64,000 nucleotides of DNA, from assembly GCA_002360635.1 (NCBI GenBank), contig DEQW01000003.1:370552-434551 (forward strand), given 5' to 3'. Under the pieces are notes generated by a model, which was not told the origin of the DNA, searched no databases, and saw nothing but the letters and a program-made list of their open reading frames with translations. Shown here one piece after another: positions 9,835 through 19,335 of the stretch. The translations under genes were made by a program, and so were the position numbers. How positions within the stretch are numbered: the first letter of the stretch is position 1; the number at the start of each line of letters is the position of its first letter. The DNA is from Flavobacteriaceae bacterium UBA3356. GTDB lineage: Bacteria; Bacteroidota; Bacteroidia; Flavobacteriales; Flavobacteriaceae.

Positions 9835-10887
9835 CTAGTCCATCGTTGCCAATTGCCGATTGGAAAGACTTTTTTTATAATGTGTTTTGTGTTCTATTTT
9901 TCGCTCTATGGCTTTGATTACTGTCTCGGTAAAATCTGGCAGGCCAATATCGTTGCAGTAATCCAATCCGCCGGGACTTAGTACATTTATTTCAATCAAC
10001 TTATCTTTAACGATGTCCAATCCAACAAAAAAGAGCCCGTCCCTAATTAACTTAGGTGCCGTAACATTAACAATTCGTTGCATTTCGTCAGTCAACTTTC
10101 CTTTTTCAGCTTTTCCGCCAAGTGCGAGGTTACTCCTAAATTCAGAATCATCCTTATTTACCCTCCGTATAACGGCTTGCTTGCCATCTTCTTCTAAAAT
10201 TTTACCATTCATTAAAATGACGCGTACATCGCCTTTTGAAACTTCTGGTAGAAACTCTTGTGCGATTACGTATCCCTTTTTGGTAATGGTTTCGATAATT
10301 TGATTGAGGTTCTTCTTGTCCTTATCAATTAAATAAACATTTTGACCTCCTGAACCTTCCAAGGGTTTTAATACCATTTTTTTGCCGTTGTCTTTCCAAA
10401 ACTTTAATAGATCCTCTTTGTTTCGGGTAATTAAACTATTTGGTTTTATAATGGAAGGTAACTCTTCAAAATATAGTTTGTCAATAAAGGCATGGGACAT
10501 GGCAAAAGCATCGTTTAATACCAGAACACCATTTTGCTGAATCATACGTGCAAAGGCAATTCCGCTATGTTCAGCCCAATGTCTATCATCTGTTTCCTCA
10601 GTAGGATTATTCCGAAGAAAAAGTACATCAAGATCTGAACTGCTAATCACTTTATATTTCAGTTCTTCATCCTGTACGCGTTCCCAAAATTTTTCTACTG
10701 TTCTAGATTTTGGTGTTTTCGGTACTTTTTTACACCGCAAACTGATGGGTTTGTCATGGTGAAAAATAAAATCACCTACACTCATTACATATAAATCGTG
10801 CCCTCTCTCGTGTGCTTTTTTCATTAACACTACCGAAGTTCCTATAGCTTCGGATTCTATATCGCTAATTACAAAACATATCTTCAT
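9835..10887 (-). CDS. glutathione-synthetase-like ATP-grasp ligase
   Basis: KPLEGSGGQNV, QEFLPE, FRSNLALGG, EINVLSPGG ATP-grasp motifs. Confidence 0.88.
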   Translation of the reverse strand: MKICFVISDIESEAIGTSVVLMKKAHERGHDLYVMSVGDFIFHHDKPISLRCKKVPKTPKSRTVEKFWERVQDEELKYKVISSSDLDVLFLRNNPTEETDDRHWAEHSGIAFARMIQQNGVLVLNDAFAMSHAFIDKLYFEELPSIIKPNSLITRNKEDLLKFWKDNGKKMVLKPLEGSGGQNVYLIDKDKKNLNQIIETITKKGYVIAQEFLPEVSKGDVRVILMNGKILEEDGKQAVIRRVNKDDSEFRSNLALGGKAEKGKLTDEMQRIVNVTAPKLIRDGLFFVGLDIVKDKLIEINVLSPGGLDYCNDIGLPDFTETVIKAIERKIEHKTHYKKSLSNRQLATMD

Positions 10888-10889
10888 TT

Positions 10890-12728
10890 TTATATCATTT
10901 TAGAAAGGGCCAGCCCTTGTTTTAGTTTATTTATTTTTTTTGTAAAGTCTTTTTGTTCAAAATACCTTGGTTTTAATTTAGGAGGTGTTAACAAGCCTCT
11001 GTCGGTTAAATCCTTGATTACATCTACATGTTTTAAGGCAAATTTTCCCGCCAAAAGAGGTTCCAGCTCGCCGCCATCGATTAAATAATCTCGAAGTTCA
11101 ACCAATCCTTTTAGGTAAATAATATCTTTTAAAAACCCACCTCCCTGAAACATCCTAGAGGTGATATTAAAAGCATGTTCCTTTGAAAACCCATATTCTG
11201 AATACAGTAAATTAAAGACTTGTTTAAAATCGGCCCCACTTAATAACGCATCGCCAGCAACTACACGTCCGGCTAAAATTCGAAGTCGATTGCCAGACAA
11301 CCCACCAATTAAATATTCTGAAAGTACGGCGATTCCTTCCTGAAGGGCGTCATAATCTGCAAAGCCTGCTGCCATTTGGCTTAGCGATTGTTGGCTTCCA
11401 TTAAAATAGGTTAACGCGTGGGTGCCAATTTCGTGCTGCAATAATGAGGCGGCACTATTTTTTGTCATTTTATAGTCTGAGGGTAAATACAACTCGCCCC
11501 GTGAGACCATTATAATGTTCACATCGTCCCGAATATGAACTTTCCCATTAAAATCAGCACTTTGATTTTTAAAATACTCAAACTCTTCTTGGGCTAATTT
11601 TGCAAATGCGTTTGCGTCAATAAGCTGACGTTCTTCTTGTGTATGGTCTTCAGAAATATTTTGAAGAATAAGCTTAGCTTCGGTCAATACATTTTTTTCA
11701 AGTCCTTTGTACAAACGAACACTACTATAAAAGAAATTTTTTGAGTCACGTTCTTTCAACATAGTAAGTTGATGGTCTATTTCTTCACGTTTTTCATCAA
11801 AGAGATAGGAAAGTGCAGGATCATCAATTTCATCAATCCTTAGGTTGTATAACTTACGTTTCAGCAAATCTGGATCTACCGGCAGCAAACGATAGTGATA
11901 GGTGTTTATTTCTTCAAAATTAGTTTCAAAAAAACGTTCTCTAAGGGCTTGAATATTTACAGGTGCTACTAATAGCAAAAATTGATAACTGGATTCAATT
12001 TCGGTAAGTTGTTTGTCAATTTTAAATACTTCGGAATGAATATCACGTTTTCCTAATGCATGAAAATTAGCCAGTTTTGACGTAGTCTGTACCCTTACAA
12101 ACTCAAAAATGGCTTTTTGAATTGCTTCTACAAAATTGTCCCTAAACTTTCTGAAGTAAACAGGATACATGTTATCATGTACATCACGATAAACGGGGGG
12201 GACTTCAAGACCTATTAAAGTTCCTCCTTTTGCTTTGATGTCTTCAATGCTAAAAAGCGGTGTAACTTCTTCAAGTTGACGTTGTTTAGTTTGCTCAATG
12301 CGTGCCGTAAGTTGTACGTTGTATTTTCTACTCGGGATTTTACAGAGCTCGTCTTTTAAAACATCTAACGAGACAGGTAATTTGTGCGAAGGTCCTCGTA
12401 TTACAAACTCGGTGCTATTGGTGTTTCCACTGAAAATTTCCAATAGTATAAAAGAACCGAATTTGCTAGCCATTTTTTCGGTAAGCTTTGAAATAAACTC
12501 TTGAAAAAAATCAAAATTTTCCTCTCCAATAATTAAATAGGAAGCACCGCTTCGAGCCAAGCGTAAAGTAGCTTTATCATCTGGTTTTTTTCTATAAATA
12601 AGTAGGGATGGTACATCGTGTTCCAAAAATAGATACCCGTCATGCGGCAATGGACAAACAGTGCGCTCGCCGGGGGTTAAATCGTTTAAAATTTGTTCTG
12701 TTTTTTTTGAAGTTTCAGATACCTTCAT
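10890..12728 (-). CDS. QEGLA-motif / DUF1704 zinc metallopeptidase (MATCAP-like)
   Basis: HEIGTH (HExxxH) followed by LQEGIA. Confidence 0.85.
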   Translation of the reverse strand: MKVSETSKKTEQILNDLTPGERTVCPLPHDGYLFLEHDVPSLLIYRKKPDDKATLRLARSGASYLIIGEENFDFFQEFISKLTEKMASKFGSFILLEIFSGNTNSTEFVIRGPSHKLPVSLDVLKDELCKIPSRKYNVQLTARIEQTKQRQLEEVTPLFSIEDIKAKGGTLIGLEVPPVYRDVHDNMYPVYFRKFRDNFVEAIQKAIFEFVRVQTTSKLANFHALGKRDIHSEVFKIDKQLTEIESSYQFLLLVAPVNIQALRERFFETNFEEINTYHYRLLPVDPDLLKRKLYNLRIDEIDDPALSYLFDEKREEIDHQLTMLKERDSKNFFYSSVRLYKGLEKNVLTEAKLILQNISEDHTQEERQLIDANAFAKLAQEEFEYFKNQSADFNGKVHIRDDVNIIMVSRGELYLPSDYKMTKNSAASLLQHEIGTHALTYFNGSQQSLSQMAAGFADYDALQEGIAVLSEYLIGGLSGNRLRILAGRVVAGDALLSGADFKQVFNLLYSEYGFSKEHAFNITSRMFQGGGFLKDIIYLKGLVELRDYLIDGGELEPLLAGKFALKHVDVIKDLTDRGLLTPPKLKPRYFEQKDFTKKINKLKQGLALSKMI

Positions 12729-12783
12729 TATTCTTCTTGTTATTGCTTGATCTATGCTTAATAATTTTATCTAAGCATAAGAT

Positions 12784-12814
12784 AAAAAAACGCCTCGATG
12801 AGACCGAGGCGTTT
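12784..12814 (-). terminator. intrinsic terminator after displaced asnB 3' end
   Basis: 10-bp stem AAACGCCTCG/CGAGGCGTTT, 7-nt loop, U-tract on minus strand. Confidence 0.8.
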
Positions 12815-12879
12815 AAAAATTATTTAACGCTAAATTAGCAACCAAAGAGCTATTTGTTAAATTAATAGCTTAAAAATGA

Positions 12880-13079
12880 TTACTTGCTATACGCATCACT
12901 ATGAACGTTTGCAACAGCCCGTCCACTAGGGTCGTTCATGTTTTTAAAACTTTCATCCCATTCTAACGCTGCAGGACTGCTACAGGCTACTGAAGGAACA
13001 GATGGCACACTCAACGCCGCCGTATCACTGGGGAAATGTTCAGTAAAAATAGAACGGTAATAAAACTCTTCTTTGCTGG
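12880..13079 (-). pseudogene. asnB: duplicated 3' fragment of asnB (ends ...AVANVHSDAYSK*)
   Basis: 12889-13079 matches 17581-17771 at 183/191 nt, in frame, with its own stop at 12880-12882. Confidence 0.92.
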
Positions 13080-13158
13080 CAAGTCAACAGCATTTTATTG
13101 ATAAATTAATATCAAAAAATAAAATTTGTATTTTTAATCTTAAAAATACTGACAGAGT

Positions 13159-13893
13159 ATGATTCAAAATATTCAAGAGTTCTTGAACGATATAAAACAT
13201 AAATTTGAGGACGAGAGTTTTCAGGTAAGTGATTTTTCCAGTATTGCACACTTTCCTTTAAATTCTAAGCAATGCATTTACATTATGGATTGGCCAACTG
13301 GTAGGATAACATATAAAAGGAACATATATAAAATATTGGGATATGATGATGATGAATTTAATATAGACATGCTTCTTAACATTGCACACTCCGACGACTT
13401 AAAAATCATCAAACGGATTACTCAAGCCGTTGTGAATCATCTTACGAGCCATACCAAGTTTTCTTACGAAGACACTTCACTAATTTTGATATATAGATTT
13501 CGAAAAAAAGATGGAACTTATATAAAAATATTGAGACAATCCACCTTATTCGAAAAATCAAGTAATGGTATGTTAAAGAGTAATTTATCTATTTTGACGG
13601 ATATTTCATTTGCCGATACCGATGATTATGTAAGTTGGGAATTCCTTGCTCCTCAAATTGAAGAAGAAAATTTTAGAAAAGAAGTCTATAGGGAATTTTC
13701 AAATCTTTTTACAAGGAGGGAAGTGACCATTATAGAGCTTATAGCGGAAAAATATACTACCAAGGATATTGCTGAAAAACTGTTTATTAGTGAGCATACG
13801 GTCAATACCCATAGAAAGAATATTTTAAAAAAAGGAAATTGCCATAATGCAGGTCAACTCATTGCATTTTGTAAAAAAGTAGGCGTGTTATAA
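13159..13893 (+). CDS. PAS-fold + LuxR-type HTH transcriptional regulator
   Basis: C-terminal FTRREVTII...IAEKLFISEHTVNTHRKNILKK LuxR HTH; PAS-like YRFRKKDGTYI; no receiver domain. Confidence 0.88.
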   Translation: MIQNIQEFLNDIKHKFEDESFQVSDFSSIAHFPLNSKQCIYIMDWPTGRITYKRNIYKILGYDDDEFNIDMLLNIAHSDDLKIIKRITQAVVNHLTSHTKFSYEDTSLILIYRFRKKDGTYIKILRQSTLFEKSSNGMLKSNLSILTDISFADTDDYVSWEFLAPQIEEENFRKEVYREFSNLFTRREVTIIELIAEKYTTKDIAEKLFISEHTVNTHRKNILKKGNCHNAGQLIAFCKKVGVL

Positions 13894-13927
13894 ATTGTGT
13901 TATATCAAAATTAGATACTAAGAAAAT

Positions 13928-14734
13928 ATGAGATTTGTTAGAAAAACAATATTAACTAATGGACAGGGTATTTCATATTTGGATAATGAAATTCAATCAA
14001 AGACCACTATTCTTTTTGTTCACGGAAATTCATTAAACAACACCAGTTTTAAAAATCAATTTAACGATAAGGATTTAAACAAATACAGGTTGGTGGCAAT
14101 AGATTTACCCGGGCATGGTGAATCTGAATGGAATAAGGACTATTCAATCCCCCAAATGACCACCGATATTGCAACTTTTTGCAATCAACTAAGGCTAATC
14201 AATTTTATAATTGTTGGCCATTCCTTAGGCGGACATTTGATAATACAATCACTATCAAAATTGAAGAGTTGTAAAGGTGCATTATTAATAGGAACACCGC
14301 CAGTTAAGAGACCATTAAATATCGATATAGCATTTATGCCACATCCCGTAATTCCTTTACTATTTAAAGCAGAACTTACAGCTGAAGAACTGGAATTATT
14401 TGCAGAAAGCGTTTGTGCCCCTCAAAATAAAAAGTATGTCATAAAAAGTATTACTGTCACAGATCCGAAATTTAGAGAAAAGATGATGACTTCAATTATG
14501 CAGGGAGATTTAAAAGATGAAATCCTTATTCTTGAAAAAATAAAAACCCCAGTGGCATTGGTTTATGGGGAAAATGATGAGCTGGTAAATAAAAAATACG
14601 TTAGAAGTTTAAACCTTTCTAATCTTTTTGAACAAAACCCCATATTTATAAAAAATTCTTGGCATGCTTCACATATGAGTAATAGTAATATTTTTAATAA
14701 AGTTTTGAAAGAGTGTGTTTTGGAATTTAATTAA
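13928..14734 (+). CDS. alpha/beta hydrolase, AidH-like (AHL-lactonase-like)
   Basis: HGNS, DLPGHG, GHSLGGH, GTPPV, GENDE, NSWHA. Confidence 0.8.
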   Translation: MRFVRKTILTNGQGISYLDNEIQSKTTILFVHGNSLNNTSFKNQFNDKDLNKYRLVAIDLPGHGESEWNKDYSIPQMTTDIATFCNQLRLINFIIVGHSLGGHLIIQSLSKLKSCKGALLIGTPPVKRPLNIDIAFMPHPVIPLLFKAELTAEELELFAESVCAPQNKKYVIKSITVTDPKFREKMMTSIMQGDLKDEILILEKIKTPVALVYGENDELVNKKYVRSLNLSNLFEQNPIFIKNSWHASHMSNSNIFNKVLKECVLEFN

Positions 14735-14871
14735 AGCTTTATAAAATTGTTATGCGCCCGTTTAATCAAGCAAGTTTGTAAAGCGTATTTTTGTTTTTTA
14801 AATGAATATCTGGTACAGAGTAAATTTATATTTATAAACTGCAAATATTTGTTAGCGGGGAATATGTTTTT

Positions 14872-17241
14872 TTAAAGTTTTATAAACTTGCGTACAATAG
14901 ATTCCTTTTGTCCTGTAAATAACAGAAGGTAAATCCCATCTTCCAAATTATCTATCTCAATACGGTCTGTTTTAGGTAACATTTTTATTAGCCTGCCACG
15001 TAAATCATAAAGCTCAATCTTCTGTATATTATTAAATTCAGGTAACTGGATAAATATTTCGGTGTGAGCGGGGTTTGGATAAATTTGCAAATTCTTAAAG
15101 AAGTTTCCTTCTACACTCAGCGGGTCTTCTACCGATAAAATAGAAGCTGCACGTATAATAACAAGGTCTGGCACAGAAGGATTTGTGATATTGCAGGTAT
15201 AAGTACCACTGTCTTTCACCTGAGAATCCATAATAGTGTATATACTTTCTGTTGCTCCCGTAATTACGGCGCCATCTTTGTACCATTGATAGACATTCCC
15301 ACCAGATTTAAGTGTATAATCTGATTTATTAATTAATGAAGCCATGCCCTCTGGGATATCATCTATTACAAGAGTAATATCATCGCCAACTTCTGCTGAA
15401 ATGCTTTCTTCTTCGTCCATTGTTTTCTGTGGACTGTAGATAAAAGTGGGGATATTGTCATTTAGTATATTAAACACCCCTTCAAAGTCTACAAACTGAT
15501 AATTGTTTTTGTCAATACGTAAAAAGTTCAGATCGAGGTTGGTTAAGAAATCAATATTGCCATGCAGCTCATTATTGCTAAAATCAATGAATGATAAGTT
15601 TTCAAACGTACTAATATTTTCAGAAATCTCTCCAAAATTAGACGTACCTGCCATCCTTAAGAGCTGTAGATTGTCAAGGCCGCTAATGGGTTCAAGATTT
15701 CCACCAATATTCCAATTTCGTAAATTTAAAACCTCCAGATTAGGCAGAAGATCAGAAAATGTGTTAGGAAGGCCGTCACCCGGTTCAAAAATATCACCAT
15801 TTGTGTTTAAAACTGCAAAAGAGCGTAATTTATTCAGGCTAGTAAACGCAGCGGAAGATAAGTCAGGATTAAGATTATTATCAATAAATTCCATCCCACT
15901 TATGTGTTCTACACCTTCATATACATTCGTGGAAATGCCGAACCACTCTCGGATGGGTTCTGAAGAAAGCCAATTGGTATTAGTCACCCAATTTTCACCA
16001 TTAGTATCGTTGTAGAAGTTGGTCAAAGCCCCCCTTTCATTCTCTGGGATAGGCGCGGCTTCATCCATTATATAAACTTGAGATTGTAGTGTAGGAAGAA
16101 GCCCCCAGATTAGGACATCCCCTTTGGCGCCCTCCACACCAAAATTCCCAAGCTCAATATTATTTTCTTCAAAATTATTGTTATTAATATAATTTTTAAG
16201 TTCATAAGACTGTGTGTCATATATGTAGACTGAAATAGTTTCTGTACCTATAATAAGGTTGTTTTGATCAAAGGAGATACCTCTTCCAAAATTACCATCC
16301 TGCTCTAATGGTAAAAGTTGTAATTGCTCATTCTCGGTATATATTGTTGTTCCTGGTATTGAACTAATATCTTCATATATATATACGGCTCCTTTACCAT
16401 TATTTTTGAAGGAACTTATAGCTAATGTGCCATCTTCGCTACTTTCTACCCATGACCCAAACTCATCACCAGAAACACCATCTGATGGAGTAACAAATTG
16501 TTGAGTATCTGTATAAAATATTCGAGGAGGGTTTTGCCGCTCTGTAACACTAAATATATTAACGATACCACTGGTATTAGCTCCTCCTTTAGGAGAGGAT
16601 AATATAAATTCATAGTCGCTCCATGTAAGATCAAGACCGGTACTTGCAGCACCTTGACCTATAAATTCTTGTTCTAGAACCCAAGTATTAAATTCCGAAT
16701 CAAAAGCATAAGTAGCAGCATGACCAGATAACCCATTACGAAAAGGGTCACTTACAGCAATTCTCACACCGTCGTTAAAACCAGAATTAAAAGTCAGTCT
16801 TTCTGACACCGCAGTTTTATAACCGGGATAATCTATAAAGGTTTCGTGCCAATCAAAATTATTAGAACTAAGGCTATATATATAAAGTCCGTCCAAACTG
16901 GTAACAGAAAACACATTTAATGTAGGCGATATACTGATATCAAAACCATATTGGTCGCTAGGGGTATTATTTTCTGGTCTAAAACTCCTTTCAAATTCCC
17001 AAGAAGTTCCATTCCATTCATATAAATAGACAACTCCAACTTGGGGAGATTGACTTGAATCCTCTGATGCCGAAATAATCATTTTATTACCCCCTGCTCC
17101 TCCTACCTCTATCTTTCGTCCAAAAGCTGTCGACTGTGTTCCAAAATTGGGGTCCGTTATCGTTTCTTTGGGATAGTACAAATCTTGCGCCTGCGTGTAA
17201 AATACGGTTAAGCTTAATACTACTAGTAAAAAAATCTTCAT
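14872..17241 (-). CDS. T9SS type A cargo: FG-GAP-like propeller + LRR + Ig-like domain
   Basis: Signal peptide; FG/YG repeats (SDQYGFDISI, GDEFGSWV, GNFGRGIS); ALTNFYNDTNGENW + LRRs; YQWYKDG...DSGTYTC Ig; CTD IYPNPAHTE...IELYDLRGRLI...LEDGIYLL. Confidence 0.88.
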   Translation of the reverse strand: MKIFLLVVLSLTVFYTQAQDLYYPKETITDPNFGTQSTAFGRKIEVGGAGGNKMIISASEDSSQSPQVGVVYLYEWNGTSWEFERSFRPENNTPSDQYGFDISISPTLNVFSVTSLDGLYIYSLSSNNFDWHETFIDYPGYKTAVSERLTFNSGFNDGVRIAVSDPFRNGLSGHAATYAFDSEFNTWVLEQEFIGQGAASTGLDLTWSDYEFILSSPKGGANTSGIVNIFSVTERQNPPRIFYTDTQQFVTPSDGVSGDEFGSWVESSEDGTLAISSFKNNGKGAVYIYEDISSIPGTTIYTENEQLQLLPLEQDGNFGRGISFDQNNLIIGTETISVYIYDTQSYELKNYINNNNFEENNIELGNFGVEGAKGDVLIWGLLPTLQSQVYIMDEAAPIPENERGALTNFYNDTNGENWVTNTNWLSSEPIREWFGISTNVYEGVEHISGMEFIDNNLNPDLSSAAFTSLNKLRSFAVLNTNGDIFEPGDGLPNTFSDLLPNLEVLNLRNWNIGGNLEPISGLDNLQLLRMAGTSNFGEISENISTFENLSFIDFSNNELHGNIDFLTNLDLNFLRIDKNNYQFVDFEGVFNILNDNIPTFIYSPQKTMDEEESISAEVGDDITLVIDDIPEGMASLINKSDYTLKSGGNVYQWYKDGAVITGATESIYTIMDSQVKDSGTYTCNITNPSVPDLVIIRAASILSVEDPLSVEGNFFKNLQIYPNPAHTEIFIQLPEFNNIQKIELYDLRGRLIKMLPKTDRIEIDNLEDGIYLLLFTGQKESIVRKFIKL

Positions 17242-17493
17242 AATGTTAACGTTTAAATTATAAATATTTGGAAACCCATATAATGAAAATAAATAATCTG
17301 AATAAAGGCTATACAGTTAATTGCTCTTAAGCCTCAGATTGTGCATCGTCTCTGCTTTGTTTATCGTCATTTGGTTATTTTTTTATAACCTATTGATTTA
17401 TACAATAAAATTAAGATAAGTAATAGCAGAAATCAATACCTATTGGTGGGTATTTTTTAAAGATTAAGCTTAGTTTCTTTTTATGTTCCCAAG

Positions 17494-17527
17494 AAAAACC
17501 CCAAAGACCTTTAAGATCTTTGAGGTT
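17494..17527 (-). terminator. intrinsic terminator after functional asnB
   Basis: AACCTCAAAGATC-TTAAA-GGTCTTTGGGGTT then U-rich on minus strand (G-U wobbles fit this strand). Confidence 0.65.
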
Positions 17528-17577
17528 CACATAAATTACCCGTTTATAAGAAGCGGTTTTGGAAATTGGCTTTAAAA

Positions 17578-19242
17578 CTAATACGCATCACTATGAACCT
17601 TTGCAACAGCCCGTCCACTAGGGTCGTTCATGTTTTTAAAACTTTCATCCCATTCTAACGCTGCAGGACTGCTACAAGCAACCGAAGGAACAGATGGCAC
17701 ACTCAACGCCGCCGTATCACTTGGAAAATGTTCAGTAAAAATAGAACGGTAGTAAAACTCTTCTTTACTGGTAGGGGTTTGTATAGGAAATTTAAAATGG
17801 GCGTTTTCCATTTGTTCATCACTTACTTTCTCGTTAACCATTTCTTTTAATGTGTCAATCCAGCTGTAGCCGACACCATCACTAAATTGCTCTTTTTGGC
17901 GCCAAGCAACGCTTTCGGGAAGCATATCTTCAAATGCTTTTCGTAGTACCCATTTTTCCATACGTTCGCCGTTTATCATTTTATCATCTGGGTTTAAGCG
18001 CATGGCTACATCCATAAACTCTTTATCTAAAAAAGGAACACGGCCTTCAATACCCCAAGCAGCTAAACTTTTGTTGGCTCGTAAGCAATCGTACTGGTGT
18101 AATTTATCCAATTTTCTAACGGTTTCTTTGTGCAACTCTTCTCCATTTGGTGCTTTGTGAAAGTATAAGTAGCCACCAAAAATTTCGTCGCTCCCTTCAC
18201 CACTTAAAACCATTTTTATTCCTAACGCTTTTATTGCACGAGCCATTAAAAACATAGGTGTAGAAGCGCGGATAGTAGTAATATCATAGGTTTCTAAATG
18301 GTAAATAACATCACGAATCGCATCAATCCCTTCTTGAATGGTAAATTTTATTTCGTGATGTACCGTATCTAAATGATCGGCTACTTTTTGAGCGGCAGCT
18401 AGATCTGGGCTTCCTTCCAGACCAATGGCAAAAGAATGTAACCTTGGGTACCAAGCATTTTCTTTGTCACCGGTTTCAATACGTTTGTCTGCATATTTTT
18501 TGGCAACAGCTGAGGTAATGGAAGAATCCAATCCACCGGAAAGTAAGACCCCGTATGGCACATCACTCATTAATTGACGATGCACAGCCGCATCTAAAGC
18601 ATTGCGCAACTCTTCAATGCTGGTTTCATTGTCTTTTACAGCGTCATATTCCATCCAATCGCGGGTGTACCATTTTTTTAATTCGCCTTCTTTACTGTAG
18701 AGGTAATGGCCAGGGGGGAAGAGTTCGATTTTGGTGCAAATACCTTCCAAAGCTTTTAATTCTGAAGCTACGTAAAAAGTTCCATTTTGATCCCAGCCCA
18801 TATACAGTGGAATGATTCCCATATGGTCGCGGGCGATTAAATATTCATCATTTTCAACATCATAAATGGCAAAGCCGAAGATTCCGTTTAATTCATCTAA
18901 AAAGTCGCCTCCTTTTTCTTTAAAGAGGGGTAAGATTACTTCGCAATCAGATTTTGTTTGAAATTCATACTTCCCTTCAAACTGCTTCCGTAATTCCAAA
19001 TGGTTATAAATTTCACCATTGGCAGCCAATACAAACTTCTTGTCTTTACTGAAAAGTGGCTGTTTTCCTGAAGTAGGATCTACAATTGCTAAACGCTCGT
19101 GGGCCATAATGGCTTTGTCGTTATCGAAAATTCCACTCCAATCCGGCCCCCGGTGACGGATACATTTACTCATTGACAATACCTGCAAGCGCAAGGCTTC
19201 TGCTGGCTCTTTTAGTTTAAAGGCACATACAATTCCACACAT
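17578..19242 (-). CDS. asnB: asparagine synthase B (glutamine-hydrolysing)
   Basis: N-terminal MCG nucleophile, RHRGPD, LSGGLDSS, SGEGSDE, EGRVPFLD. Confidence 0.97.
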   Translation of the reverse strand: MCGIVCAFKLKEPAEALRLQVLSMSKCIRHRGPDWSGIFDNDKAIMAHERLAIVDPTSGKQPLFSKDKKFVLAANGEIYNHLELRKQFEGKYEFQTKSDCEVILPLFKEKGGDFLDELNGIFGFAIYDVENDEYLIARDHMGIIPLYMGWDQNGTFYVASELKALEGICTKIELFPPGHYLYSKEGELKKWYTRDWMEYDAVKDNETSIEELRNALDAAVHRQLMSDVPYGVLLSGGLDSSITSAVAKKYADKRIETGDKENAWYPRLHSFAIGLEGSPDLAAAQKVADHLDTVHHEIKFTIQEGIDAIRDVIYHLETYDITTIRASTPMFLMARAIKALGIKMVLSGEGSDEIFGGYLYFHKAPNGEELHKETVRKLDKLHQYDCLRANKSLAAWGIEGRVPFLDKEFMDVAMRLNPDDKMINGERMEKWVLRKAFEDMLPESVAWRQKEQFSDGVGYSWIDTLKEMVNEKVSDEQMENAHFKFPIQTPTSKEEFYYRSIFTEHFPSDTAALSVPSVPSVACSSPAALEWDESFKNMNDPSGRAVAKVHSDAY

Positions 19243-19279
19243 AATTTCTATATTTTATTGGTTAGTAGTTTTAAAACAC

Positions 19280-19313
19280 AAAAAACCCGTCAAGTTAAAA
19301 AAACCTGACGGGC
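19280..19313 (-). terminator. attenuator terminator upstream of asnB
   Basis: RNA CCCGUCAGG-loop-CUUGACGGG followed by UUUUUU, about 38 nt before asnB ATG. Confidence 0.85.
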
Positions 19314-19335
19314 TATATATTGCGACAAGTTTTTG

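Larger units (their letters stand above)
13080..17580. mobile_element. 4.5-kb integrase-less genomic islet inserted at asnB 3' end
   Basis: Bounded by 191-bp direct repeats of asnB 3' end; three accessory-type cargo genes; no integrase seen. Confidence 0.7.

Noticed and set aside
9502-9981. 159-aa plus-strand ORF, and similar antisense ORFs (15503-16015, 28018-28467, 37278-37622)
   Set aside because: Shadows of well-supported genes on the opposite strand, with no motifs.
13080-17580. Integrase or transposase within the islet
   Set aside because: No ORF or remnant with tyrosine/serine recombinase or DDE motifs found, including in 17242-17577 and 14735-14871.
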